Source of the DNA: a virus
Virus record (IMG/VR): IMGVR_UViG_3300045391_005781
Strand: one strand, 5' to 3'
DNA length: 51,153 bases
Shown here: positions 8,129 through 16,983 of the stretch, in pieces
Layout: every line of letters begins with the position of its first letter
Numbering within the stretch: position 1 is the stretch's first letter
Made by a program: the position numbers and the translations under genes
Notes under the pieces: model-generated
Seen by the model: the letters and a program-made list of their open reading frames with translations, nothing else
What the model was told of the DNA's origin: nothing
Databases searched by the model: none

Positions 8129-8803
8129 ATGAAAAAATTAGTTTTGCTTTTATCTGCTCTCCCTTTGGCTGCATACGCTAATGGGACAGCTATTCCATCC
8201 ACTGCCTCAGCACCCACAATCAAAGAAACAAAAGCTACTCCAAAAAGCTTTACCGGAATTTATATAGGTCTACATGGAGGACATGGAACAGGAACAAGCC
8301 ATAACAAACATTTTTTGGCGTCATCTCATCTTGGTTTAAAGGGTCTTCTTGGAGGCGTTCATCTTGGTTTCCAAAAAGATTTCTCTACAGTTATTGCAGG
8401 GATAGAAGTTTCTGGCGCCTTAAGCCAAACTAAGCATAAAGGAAAAACAGACATTTTTCAAACAACCGCAAAGACTTCTTTTAAAAGAAAGAACGCTTTT
8501 GGAGGAGCTTTGAAATTAGGTGTAAATTTAAACGATTGGCATGTTTATGCAAAAGCTGGTTATGAAAATGCGAAATTTACACACAGTGGAGCTATAGGCG
8601 CAGATTCTGCCTCAAAATCTAAACGACTGCACGCATTTGTTCCTGGTCTAGGATTTGAAACATTTGTAGATACAAATGTTTTGTTGGGAGCGGAATGGAC
8701 TTATACTTTGTATGCAAAGAAGAACTTTGGCGATAATGATTTGAGGATACATCACAGAGCAAAAATTGGGGATGCAAAACTTCGGTTGAGTTACAAGTTT
8801 TAA
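8129..8803 (+). CDS. Outer-membrane beta-barrel protein, Omp25/Omp31 (OMP_b-brl) family-like, with signal peptide
   Basis: Signal peptide MKKLVLLLSALPLAAYA. Alternating beta-strand pattern rich in G, Y and aromatic residues. C-terminal ...LRLSYKF with a terminal Phe, typical of proteobacterial OMPs. Confidence 0.85.
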   Translation: MKKLVLLLSALPLAAYANGTAIPSTASAPTIKETKATPKSFTGIYIGLHGGHGTGTSHNKHFLASSHLGLKGLLGGVHLGFQKDFSTVIAGIEVSGALSQTKHKGKTDIFQTTAKTSFKRKNAFGGALKLGVNLNDWHVYAKAGYENAKFTHSGAIGADSASKSKRLHAFVPGLGFETFVDTNVLLGAEWTYTLYAKKNFGDNDLRIHHRAKIGDAKLRLSYKF

Positions 8804-8823
8804 CGCTTAAAGTTTAAATTGAG

Positions 8824-8853
8824 AAAAGCCCAAAGGTTACTTTTGGGCTTTTT
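8824..8853 (+). terminator. Rho-independent terminator after the OMP gene
   Basis: aaaagcccaaa-ggttact-tttgggctttt followed by T residues. Confidence 0.8.
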
Positions 8854-9122
8854 GTATTTCGAAGTCATAATTAAAAAGAAATTTCGAAAGAATACGAAGT
8901 TCTTGAGTTGCAAATTTAAAACTTGTATACGGGGCATTACATGGATTTAAACCTTGAATAGTATTTATAAAATATCTATAATTTGTTGGGTTAGCTATTC
9001 ATTTTACAATATCCAATTCTTTTTCTTTATACATTTTTACGCTCTATATCATATAAAAACTTCGCTAATTTTTTACATTCTGATTTAACAAAATCGATGT
9101 TTTTGTAGGAGCAAAACAATAA

Positions 9123-9301
9123 TAGATCTGATGCGAAAGTCTTAAAAAACATTTTGGCGATTTTTCCGGTTGTTTTCACAAATTTTAGGAAAAATTTCTC
9201 ATTTAAACAGTCGTACAGCCGCGAAATAGGGTTGTGACGTATGATTTTTTAACCCTCCAACGCAAAACGGGGAGAAATTTTTGATTTTCGCATCAGATCT
9301 A
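9123..9301. repeat. 16-bp perfect inverted repeat (tagatctgatgcgaaa / tttcgcatcagatcta) separated by 147 bp
   Basis: Arms are at 9123-9138 and 9286-9301. The right arm lies in the 3' end of ORF 9249..9554. Confidence 0.8.
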
Positions 9302-9554
9302 TTTCATTAAGCTCATATAAATTAAGAGGCATAAGGTCGCCAAAATGGGCGCAATCAAATCCGAAAGCTCGTTGTTTTGGTAGCCTGTTAGGCATATCAG
9401 TTATATTGGTTAAAAACCATGAAAAAGTTAAACCTCCATGAACTTGCAAATCATTAACTAAAGTGTCCGAAAAAATCGGACAGTTGAAGATGAAAGCTTC
9501 AGACGGAAAGATGAGTTCTACTGCTTGCTCCAATACAGAACCGATTCCGTCCAT
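9249..9554 (-). CDS. Hypothetical protein (101 aa from MDGIGS...; the track offers a longer 131-aa start at 9644)
   Basis: The ATG lies 4 nt after the stop of the upstream ORF (TAAGGGGATG), suggesting coupling. Conserved-looking HGGLTFS...GFDCAHFGD motifs of unknown family. Carries copy 2 of the 42-bp repeat. Confidence 0.55.
   Translation of the reverse strand: MDGIGSVLEQAVELIFPSEAFIFNCPIFSDTLVNDLQVHGGLTFSWFLTNITDMPNRLPKQRAFGFDCAHFGDLMPLNLYELNEIDLMRKSKISPRFALEG
9462..9503 (+). repeat. 42-bp dispersed direct repeat, copy 2 (inside ORF 9249..9554, encoding PSEAFIFNCPIFSD on the minus strand)
   Basis: Matches 5345-5386 at 41 of 42 positions. Confidence 0.9.
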
Positions 9555-9558
9555 CCCC

Positions 9559-9783
9559 TTAAACCAATCCAATAAATGCTCTCTTTGATTTGCCAACAGA
9601 AACATCAAAGATAATATCTTCTGTTTCTTGATCTGAAAAATCATTATCTTTCATAAATGAGAAAGCTCCTTGCAGCAAAAAACTAGCAAGATCTTGTCGA
9701 TGTATTCCAGACGTTCTCATCCTAAAAATAAGTTCATCATAAAGATCGTGAAATTCTTCACATTGAAATGATGTCGTCTTCAT
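9559..9783 (-). CDS. Hypothetical protein (74 aa from MKTTSFQCEEF...)
   Basis: The ATG is preceded by AGGAG at 7 nt. The track's longer version starts at a TTG. Diverges from the XRE regulator gene. Confidence 0.55.
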   Translation of the reverse strand: MKTTSFQCEEFHDLYDELIFRMRTSGIHRQDLASFLLQGAFSFMKDNDFSDQETEDIIFDVSVGKSKRAFIGLV

Positions 9784-10009
9784 TTTTGTTCTCCTATTTT
9801 CGTTTACAATTACATTGTATCGTTTTTCATTAAACAAAACAACAGAAAGTTCTTAAAAAAGAAGAAATTTTTAAACCCTTGATTTTTCATAAGAAAATGT
9901 AACAAAAGTAAATAACAATATAAAATGAACGAAGAAGAATCTTGAATTTGAAATAAAAATATTTATAATATCACATCGAATATCAAATTTTCAAAGAACA
10001 GTAAAAAGT

Positions 10010-10333
10010 ATGACAAAATCCGGAAAATATCGTATGAATGAAATAGGAATTTATATTAAATCTCTCAGAAAAAAACAAAATTTAAAACTTGTTGACTTAT
10101 TAGAACGTTCTAAAATGTCTAAAAGCTATTTATATCGTATTGTATACAATACCGATAAATACAAAATAAAAAGCGACGACATATTTAGGTTAGCGAAGAT
10201 TTTAAACATTGATCCTATAGAATTTTTTATGGTATCAAAAGTTCTTCCAAAAGAAATGCATAACCATATATTTTCTAATCGAGAGTTATTCGAAAAAATA
10301 TACCAACAAACATTTTATAAGACGCAGAAATAA
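10010..10333 (+). CDS. XRE/Cro-CI family helix-turn-helix transcriptional regulator (107 aa)
   Basis: IGIYIKSLRKKQNLKLVDLLERSKMSKSYLYRIVYN fits the HTH_3 pattern (..R...g.s...La....s..yls.iE.). Confidence 0.8.
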   Translation: MTKSGKYRMNEIGIYIKSLRKKQNLKLVDLLERSKMSKSYLYRIVYNTDKYKIKSDDIFRLAKILNIDPIEFFMVSKVLPKEMHNHIFSNRELFEKIYQQTFYKTQK

Positions 10334-10336
10334 AAA

Positions 10337-10756
10337 ATGGAAGAAGAACAAGAAACAAAAACAACGTGCCCAAAATGCGGTTCTAATAATATCTATCGTA
10401 ATGGATCAAGCTACGGAAAAAAAAAGATTAAATGTAAGGCTTGCGGCAAATCCTCTACCATTGTAAATGGTACATTTTGCATAAAAAAGTCAAAATCTGT
10501 CCGTAGAATAGATCCCAATGAGGTCGAAAATCAAATTAAAAAGCTTGTATCGACAAAACAACACCTTATGTTCTTTCTCAATAGATTTCTTACAGCGCAA
10601 TGTACAGTCCAAACAAATGCTATTTCCAACAAGAAAAAACAAACAAATGAAGAACTTCAAAAATTATTTTTAGATTTTTCTGAAATTAAGGATTTTGTGT
10701 TAACTTATATAGAAAATTTTGAATACAAAAAAGAAAGAAAAAGAAAAAATGCTTAG
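10337..10756 (+). CDS. Zinc-ribbon protein (139 aa), transposase-type/InsA-like Zn-ribbon N-terminus
   Basis: CPKCGSNNIYRNGSSYGKKKIKCKACGK gives a CxxC-N17-CxxC pattern. Confidence 0.65.
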   Translation: MEEEQETKTTCPKCGSNNIYRNGSSYGKKKIKCKACGKSSTIVNGTFCIKKSKSVRRIDPNEVENQIKKLVSTKQHLMFFLNRFLTAQCTVQTNAISNKKKQTNEELQKLFLDFSEIKDFVLTYIENFEYKKERKRKNA

Positions 10757-10777
10757 TCTTTACTAGAAAAACTAAGC
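10751..10777 (+). terminator. Terminator-like hairpin between convergent genes
   Basis: gcttagt-N13-actaagc followed by agagtttt. The stem is weak. Confidence 0.3.
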
Positions 10778-10866
10778 AGAGTTTTAGAGTAGGAATAACA
10801 ATGAAACTATCTAATAATTACATAGCCAATTGCGCGTGTCCTCCGGTATACATATCACAAGGCCAA

Positions 10867-11283
10867 TCAAATTTCAATAAGTTTTTCCCATTCATGTTTC
10901 ACAATTTCTTGCCCTTCAAGTGACGATCGAGCAAGATAATATGGAACTTCAACTGATTCAAACCATCCTTGGACTGTGCGTTGAGCTGGGGATTGTTTGC
11001 CTTTAGCTCCTTTAAATTCAATTGCAAATGATCTTTTCCCTAAAAAAACATAATCAGGCATTCCTGCAATACGCCCTAACCAACTCATTTTAAGCCCAAA
11101 TATAGGTTGCTTATAAGCAAACTGATTGGGAACATGAAACCATAAAAAAGGGAAATCTTTTTGGAGGGTGCACAATCTTAAAAACTGAGTAAAATCAATA
11201 CAAATTGCATCTTCTTCTTTTAATTTAGACCATGTTAGACTTCGTTTAGGAATTAATAATTTTGCAAGATCAATTTTAAGCAT
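10867..11283 (-). CDS. VRR-NUC domain nuclease (138 aa)
   Basis: GRIAGMPDYVFLGKRSFAIEFKGAKGKQSPAQ matches the PD...(D/E)xK...Q motif order of VRR-NUC. Confidence 0.75.
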   Translation of the reverse strand: MLKIDLAKLLIPKRSLTWSKLKEEDAICIDFTQFLRLCTLQKDFPFLWFHVPNQFAYKQPIFGLKMSWLGRIAGMPDYVFLGKRSFAIEFKGAKGKQSPAQRTVQGWFESVEVPYYLARSSLEGQEIVKHEWEKLIEI

Positions 11284-11983
11284 TGCTTACATCACCAATA
11301 TTAGAAGCAACATGACAAAAAAAACGATAAGAACAATTGTAGCATGTTGAAAAGGGCTTAACACCTTCATCAATCTTAGGCGGCATTTGGGCTTCATAGC
11401 TTAAAATCCTTTTTAATTTAGATATTAGTCCTTCTGCGATTAAAGGTTCATATTCAATCACAATATTATGAATTTCATTATCGTTATTTTTATTGATGCA
11501 AATGATTAAAGCTCGATCTATCTTAAAATAATGCATGTAGAGTTGGATTTGAGAAATATAGGAATAATAACTTTTTTTTAATCCATATTTGAGAACCTGT
11601 CGAAAGTACCTTTCCTTCATTGTTTTTATTTCTAAAATATATGGAACATTATTTTTATCATATATGATTCCATCACAGTGTCCTTTGAATTTTCCCTCGA
11701 AATCAGAAAAAGATTCTTGTTGGTTAGTTATTTCATAACCAGCATTTCGTAATTTTGCTATAAAAATCTCTTCTTCTTTATGGCCACGTTCAAATGTTAT
11801 TTGTTGTCTGCCGAAAGCGAATGGATCTAAATATCGTTTTGGATTGATATTATCCTGCAATTCAAACCATATCCGCCGGTCACAATCATGGCCTAAAATT
11901 GAAGCCCCAATATAGTTGCGCGAAGGATATTCTCTATCATAATAGCTATGCCAAATTCTTTCTTGTATATCTTCAAATGGCAT
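11276..11983 (-). CDS. PD-(D/E)XK exonuclease, Cas4/RecB-like, with a 4-Cys cluster (235 aa)
   Basis: GHCDGIIYD...ILEIKTM...QIQLYMHY gives the D, ExK and QxxxY motifs. An N-terminal Cys (HDCDRR) plus C-terminal CYNCSYRFFC (C-x2-C-x5-C) match Cas4-type Fe-S nucleases. Confidence 0.8.
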   Translation of the reverse strand: MPFEDIQERIWHSYYDREYPSRNYIGASILGHDCDRRIWFELQDNINPKRYLDPFAFGRQQITFERGHKEEEIFIAKLRNAGYEITNQQESFSDFEGKFKGHCDGIIYDKNNVPYILEIKTMKERYFRQVLKYGLKKSYYSYISQIQLYMHYFKIDRALIICINKNNDNEIHNIVIEYEPLIAEGLISKLKRILSYEAQMPPKIDEGVKPFSTCYNCSYRFFCHVASNIGDVSNA

Positions 11984-12001
11984 AATAAACCTTATTCTAT
12001 A

Positions 12002-12418
12002 TCAAAAAGGAATATCATCGTTAACAAATGCGCTATCAATAGGATAATAAGTTTCTATAAAAAATATGTCTTTACCATCTTTTGAAAAGTTTTTATAAAT
12101 AAATCCACATTCTTTTCCGATTAATACACTTGAATCAAATTTGATTTTTTCTTTGTCGTTATCAGATTTTTTTACGGGACACCCAACAGATTCGCAAAGC
12201 TTTTCAAATTTATGTTTAGCTTTTAGTCTTACATTAGGATTATCTTCCCAAAGTTTAAAATTATCAGTAACAAAAAATCCTTTTGATTCAAATTTGATAC
12301 TTAAAAATTCATGCGAATCATTTTGAAATTGCTTCAATTGAATATCAGCAATTTGTCCTATGTGGCTTCCTATAGGCAGTTTTTTAATTTCTTCTTTTTC
12401 GTATGATAAAAATACCAT
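12002..12418 (-). CDS. Putative single-strand DNA-binding protein (138 aa), DUF669-like partner of the Sak4-type ATPase
   Basis: Sits immediately downstream of the AAA_24-like ATPase (TAATG overlap). The C-terminus ...FVNDDIPF reproduces the acidic DDDIPF tail of bacterial SSB. Confidence 0.65.
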   Translation of the reverse strand: MVFLSYEKEEIKKLPIGSHIGQIADIQLKQFQNDSHEFLSIKFESKGFFVTDNFKLWEDNPNVRLKAKHKFEKLCESVGCPVKKSDNDKEKIKFDSSVLIGKECGFIYKNFSKDGKDIFFIETYYPIDSAFVNDDIPF

Positions 12419-13230
12419 TATTTATCTCCTTTTGGCTGTGGTGATTGATTTTTTGTTTCTGAATATTCTAGGTAAAGATGCTGCGCGAATATATTCCATG
12501 CTTCTTGTACATCATCGAATGGAATAAATGTAGGCAAATTATAAGTATTTTTAGCTAGAGAAATGCTTTCTCCGTCAGTATAAAGTACTTTTTTTGAATC
12601 TATAATGCGCTTATTCACTCTTCCAAATCCTGATATTTCTTCCTTAAATTTAAGGATGTCAGCAGCATATAAAATAGCTGATGACCAATTGTTTAAAATT
12701 TCAGATGATTTTTTATCCAATGCTAATTTATTTATTTGATAAGTCCCATGAGAATCAGTAATACTGGTAAATTCAGTATGTCCAATAAGAATAATTCCAA
12801 CATTACGAGTTTTTCTTAGTATTTCGAGCTTATATTGCAACTGAGACCATAAATTTTTAATTAAATCTGGCCCTTTTCCGTAAGGAACTTCGCTTAATGC
12901 CCGAACATTATTCTCTCTTTTTACCTGATTTTCCATTAAAATATTCATTGAGCTTGTCGAATCAATGTTTAAAAATTTAAAATCATGAGGTTCATTAATT
13001 AGCAGAGTTATAAAATCTAAAACATTCTGAAAGGTATTTATTGGAAACTCTATGCCTTTGCTTTTATTGCTAATAACTTTATATTGGCCTAAATTGTGGT
13101 CTAAATCCATAAAAATGCTAGATGGAGCACACATCGAAAAACGAGATTTTCCAATTCCATTTCGACCATAAATTATAATCTTTGGAGCTTCAATTTCATC
13201 AACTAATTTTGCATTTTTAAAATCAACCAT
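12418..13230 (-). CDS. AAA_24/Sak4-like RecA-family ATPase (270 aa)
   Basis: Walker A IIIYGRNGIGKSRF and Walker-B-like GIILIGHTE. Typical phage recombination context. Confidence 0.8.
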   Translation of the reverse strand: MVDFKNAKLVDEIEAPKIIIYGRNGIGKSRFSMCAPSSIFMDLDHNLGQYKVISNKSKGIEFPINTFQNVLDFITLLINEPHDFKFLNIDSTSSMNILMENQVKRENNVRALSEVPYGKGPDLIKNLWSQLQYKLEILRKTRNVGIILIGHTEFTSITDSHGTYQINKLALDKKSSEILNNWSSAILYAADILKFKEEISGFGRVNKRIIDSKKVLYTDGESISLAKNTYNLPTFIPFDDVQEAWNIFAQHLYLEYSETKNQSPQPKGDK

Positions 13231-13390
13231 TATATTCTATATTCCCGTTTAAATAGCAGATAAATATATCGTTATTATATTACAATTATTATCATGTGTA
13301 ATTATTTCTGATGTAGAATACCTTTTTCTAAAATTATATAAAACATCAAATAATTCAAGCCTTTTTTTAGATTGATTGTTTTCATCAAGG

Positions 13391-15709
13391 TTAGTCTTTG
13401 TCATTTATTTCCTCCCTATATACAAAAGTCTTTGTTTTAATGCGAACTTTGTATCCTCGTTTGTATTCATTCTCAGCTCTTTCAATCTCTCCAGCTTCTG
13501 AAAGCAATTCAAGAATCTCATCTAGTTGTCTTGAATTTGCTATATATCTCACTGCTTGCCATAATTGAGATTTTTTAATCCATGTTCCATTTTTTGTTTT
13601 CTCCTTTACCTTTTCTAATATTTTCTTAACAATTTTTTCATTCGTATTATCGGAAAATGAATGAGCAATCGTGATGTTATTCCTGAGACAATGAAGTGCC
13701 ACAGCAACGCCCCATTGGATATCTGGTAATCTCATATAAGGCCATCTTTCTTTTATAATTTTATTTGGATTAATAGAATCCGAACTTATTCTATGAATAG
13801 GAATACTTAACAATGCAATTTTCATGGCTTGCTCAGGTAAATTGCCTACAAGCGAGTCAACTTGTGTACGAGCTTCGCTTAATTCTCTTTGAATAAGCCG
13901 GACTTCTTTTAAAAATTTTTTAAACCACTCTTGCGCTTCTGGTTCCATGATAGTTGTTTTAATCATGTTTTCTTTAGATATTTCTTTTAATGCTGATAAA
14001 AGTTCTTTAGGAATCACATCTACAGGACTTAAATTTTCGTCATATGGCAACCCAGGAGGAACCCAAAAAATCAAAAATCGAGCTAGCAAACCAGAAACTG
14101 CTGTTTGAGGCTTAAGAACTTCTAATATTTGCTCTGTAGATGTGCTGTATATATTTAAAAAAGGATCTTTAACACTTTCTACTTTTTCCGATTTGATCGT
14201 ATCAGTTGTTTGATATTTACAATTATAAAGAGTGAGAAGTTTTTGTTCTATTTTTTGTTCATTTGGAGATGTGTGTGCATTTAGAAAACTTTTAAAAATA
14301 TAAGCGAGTTCATCTTGCTTCCAAAATAATGCCCCTTTATTTTCATTAAGTTGGCGCAACATACCTTGATGGGATCCTATGCCTGATGTTAGCATTGAAT
14401 CTAATTCTAAAGCGGTCATAATTTGGTAAATTCGCTCAAGACCATTATTCTTACCTGAGCGACTTGGGCCAATTGCAAGAATATATAAATTTGTTTTTAA
14501 TTTTGTAGAGCTAACAAGCATATTTCTTTTTAAAAAGGCCATAATAGAAAGAGCAGTAGCTAAAGAATAAAGAGGCTGATGTATAATGGAACAATTTTCA
14601 ATCCATTGATAAAGATTTTGCATGGTAGGACATGGAATTTTAAAAATATCCTGTTCTACAAAACATTCTAATCTTCTTATACTAATCTCTGTGAGATCTT
14701 CATATGAATAAGTGGCCTCTTGGCCTTCCTCTTCTGTCTCAGAAATTTCTTCTGGTTCAAGTAATTTATTTCGCCGCGATTTTACTAACTTTTCTTGCCT
14801 TATTTCTGATTGATTTATAATTTCAGAATTATATCCTCTTTCTTTCGCCATTAATAATAATGTGCCTAAGCTAAGACCAGTTTTTTGAAATGTCGTCCAA
14901 TGAATGGCTAAATCATCTCTTCCTTTGTATTTAGATCCTTCTTTTGACCATTTGTTCCATAGATCAAACCCTCTTCCTCCAAATGCTCCTTGAAGAGCCA
15001 TCCCTATTCTAATCCAATCATTATAATCAATATCTGGGGATATGAAGCGCAGTGCACTTTCAGCTTTTGTAAAATCATTTTCTTTGCAGACTCTTTTTAC
15101 TTCATTTGATAAATGCTCAATTTGTTCATTTTTTGGATTAGGCTTAATTTTTTTAGACATTTTAGCCAAACTATATGGAGCTAAAAGCTTACCAAAACAA
15201 GCTTCTCCTTGAAAATAAGTTATAGAATTGGGCGGCATGTATGGGAAAAAGTATATTTGAGCAGCTCTTTTTGAAGCTGGATCTATTCCCTCGGGTTCCC
15301 CAAGATATAATAAACAACGCTCAAAAATATTATCCCAATCTTCTAAGATAACACTTTCATTAAATGGTAAAATTAATCTCCATTTAGGAACTTCTTCAGT
15401 ATGAGAATATGTATGATACCAAAAATGCATAATCTCTTTTTGTTGAAGTAACGAAGTTACTGATCCAACTGTTGTAGGAATTTCGATTTTATTATCAAAA
15501 TCTAAAACAAGACCTGTCATAGCAGATATATTTTCTTTTCCCCTTGTTCTCCCAGGATGATACATTGTAAAAGAAAAACATTTTTTGCGATCTTGCTTTG
15601 CACTAGCAGAGTCAAAATATGTTATTCGTTCTGCAAATTGCTCATATGTCTCATTACGAGGATGAGGCTTAACATGCTGAATGCTTTCAAAGAGATCATA
15701 TTTAATCAT
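13391..15709 (-). CDS. Primase-polymerase / helicase fusion (772 aa): prim-pol N-domain, PriCT-2-like segment, DUF3987/D5-like P-loop helicase
   Basis: LVLDFDN...WYHTYSHT (prim-pol acidic and His motifs). YNDWIRIGMALQGAFGGRGFDLWNKWSKEGSKY (PriCT-2-like). Walker A LAIGPSRSGKNNG. Confidence 0.8.
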   Translation of the reverse strand: MIKYDLFESIQHVKPHPRNETYEQFAERITYFDSASAKQDRKKCFSFTMYHPGRTRGKENISAMTGLVLDFDNKIEIPTTVGSVTSLLQQKEIMHFWYHTYSHTEEVPKWRLILPFNESVILEDWDNIFERCLLYLGEPEGIDPASKRAAQIYFFPYMPPNSITYFQGEACFGKLLAPYSLAKMSKKIKPNPKNEQIEHLSNEVKRVCKENDFTKAESALRFISPDIDYNDWIRIGMALQGAFGGRGFDLWNKWSKEGSKYKGRDDLAIHWTTFQKTGLSLGTLLLMAKERGYNSEIINQSEIRQEKLVKSRRNKLLEPEEISETEEEGQEATYSYEDLTEISIRRLECFVEQDIFKIPCPTMQNLYQWIENCSIIHQPLYSLATALSIMAFLKRNMLVSSTKLKTNLYILAIGPSRSGKNNGLERIYQIMTALELDSMLTSGIGSHQGMLRQLNENKGALFWKQDELAYIFKSFLNAHTSPNEQKIEQKLLTLYNCKYQTTDTIKSEKVESVKDPFLNIYSTSTEQILEVLKPQTAVSGLLARFLIFWVPPGLPYDENLSPVDVIPKELLSALKEISKENMIKTTIMEPEAQEWFKKFLKEVRLIQRELSEARTQVDSLVGNLPEQAMKIALLSIPIHRISSDSINPNKIIKERWPYMRLPDIQWGVAVALHCLRNNITIAHSFSDNTNEKIVKKILEKVKEKTKNGTWIKKSQLWQAVRYIANSRQLDEILELLSEAGEIERAENEYKRGYKVRIKTKTFVYREEINDKD

Positions 15710-15715
15710 GGTTTC

Positions 15716-16033
15716 TTACGCCACTTTCAAATATGCATTTGTGATGTAATTAAGACACATTAATATATCATGTAATCGATAATAAATTCCTCCTTCTTTA
15801 AATATCGGCTTAGCGCCATAATTTCTAAGTAATCGTTCAATATTTCTATGGTCTTCTAAAGGAAGAGTTTTTGTAATGTCATCAAGAGTAAATGAAATTT
15901 CTGCTTTATCTTCTATAGACACACGTTTTAATGTATCTAAAATATCTTTTGTGTTATTATAAAATCGTAATAACGATTCAGCAGTTTTTATTCCATTGTT
16001 AATCAATCTCATTAATTTATCAAATTCAGTCAT
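15716..16033 (-). CDS. Hypothetical protein (105 aa)
   Basis: ORF from the track, in the replication operon. Confidence 0.55.
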   Translation of the reverse strand: MTEFDKLMRLINNGIKTAESLLRFYNNTKDILDTLKRVSIEDKAEISFTLDDITKTLPLEDHRNIERLLRNYGAKPIFKEGGIYYRLHDILMCLNYITNAYLKVA

Positions 16034-16433
16034 TGAGTGAACTTTCTTTCTTTTGATGGTGGGGAACGTAAAAAATTGTAAGAGGAATGATTAAATTAAT
16101 TAATTCCCAACAATTTATTAATTTTGGAAGGGAAAAATATGTATTATTGTTTATATTTAAACTTATTTCATTATAGCTATTACTGTGTTTTCTGAGTAAA
16201 AATTTAAATTCTCCCTCTTTAGATTTGTTTATTGAGAAAAATTTTACTAATTCATCGTCCGAAAAAATAAGCTCTTTGTTTACATCAAATGAATCTGATT
16301 TAAAAAAAGGATAATTGTTTAAAATTTCATGAAAAATGCGTTTTTTGTGCATATCGTCAGTTAATTTATTACATACATCCTTAAGAGATGATTGAATAAA
16401 ATTATTAGAGAAAGGATTAACTTCTTGATTCAT
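16026..16433 (-). CDS. Hypothetical protein (135 aa)
   Basis: ORF from the track, in the replication operon. Confidence 0.55.
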   Translation of the reverse strand: MNQEVNPFSNNFIQSSLKDVCNKLTDDMHKKRIFHEILNNYPFFKSDSFDVNKELIFSDDELVKFFSINKSKEGEFKFLLRKHSNSYNEISLNINNNTYFSLPKLINCWELINLIIPLTIFYVPHHQKKESSLND

Positions 16434-16683
16434 TATTTACTCCTTGATTTGATACAGAACTAGATTTTTCTCTTTGGTCTTTTATATATTGAATCAAATC
16501 TTTTTTTAAATAACGATACACCCTTCCTTCTTTTAGGTATCTTGGGCCTGTTCCTTTTTGGCGCATTTCCCATAATTTTGTTTGACAACACCTTAATATT
16601 TTTGCGACCTCTCTTGAGGTTAGTAATTCTGGCACAACCTCATTATCATCATTTGGATCTTTTATTTCGTTTGTTAATGTCAT
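16417..16683 (-). CDS. Excisionase/AlpA-type (HTH_17) DNA-binding protein (88 aa)
   Basis: LLTSREVAKILRCCQTKLWEMRQKGTGPRYLKEGRVYRYLKKDLIQYI fits the MerR-like excisionase HTH pattern. Confidence 0.7.
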   Translation of the reverse strand: MTLTNEIKDPNDDNEVVPELLTSREVAKILRCCQTKLWEMRQKGTGPRYLKEGRVYRYLKKDLIQYIKDQREKSSSVSNQGVNNESRS

Positions 16684-16811
16684 GTAACACTCCTTTCTTG
16701 AGATGAAACATTCTGTTCACATTAATTTTGAAAGAAAATAAAAAGCTTTGAGATTTTTTTAAGATTGATATTTAAGATTTTTAGTCGATTCTAAAAAAGA
16801 AAAAAGATCTT

Positions 16812-16887
16812 TGGCTCCCCGAGACGGACTCGAACCGTCGACCTAATGATTAACAGTCACTTGCTCTACCAACTGAGCTATCGGGGA
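16812..16887 (-). tRNA. tRNA-Asn: tRNA-Asn (anticodon GTT), 76 nt with encoded CCA
   Basis: Manual cloverleaf: acceptor TCCCCGA/TCGGGGA; D arm GCTC-AGTTGGTA-GAGC; anticodon arm AGTGA-CTGTTAA-TCATT; T arm GACGG-TTCGAGT-CCGTC; discriminator G; CCA. Confidence 0.9.
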
Positions 16888-16896
16888 AAAAGATCT

Positions 16897-16980
16897 TGGT
16901 GGAGAACGTAGGATTTGAAGCTACATAGACGAATCGCCAGATTTACAGCCTAGGACTTTTAAGCGCACGGCCACTTCTTC
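16897..16980 (-). pseudogene. Degenerate tRNA-Tyr(GTA)-like gene, 84 nt with long variable region and CCA
   Basis: Intact anticodon arm CTAGG-CTGTAAA-TCTGG, TTCAAAT T-loop and GTTCTCC-A-CCA 3' end. Against a functional tRNA: two acceptor mismatches (A2.C71, G7.G66), no D stem and a C.C at the 53-61 position. Confidence 0.5.
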
Positions 16981-16983
16981 AAA

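Noticed and set aside
7561-10756. A transposase-type HTH protein (7561..7965) and an InsA-like zinc-ribbon protein (10337..10756) suggested an insertion sequence
   Set aside because: There is no DDE or serine catalytic transposase ORF and no terminal inverted repeats around either gene. Both are more simply small phage DNA-binding regulators.
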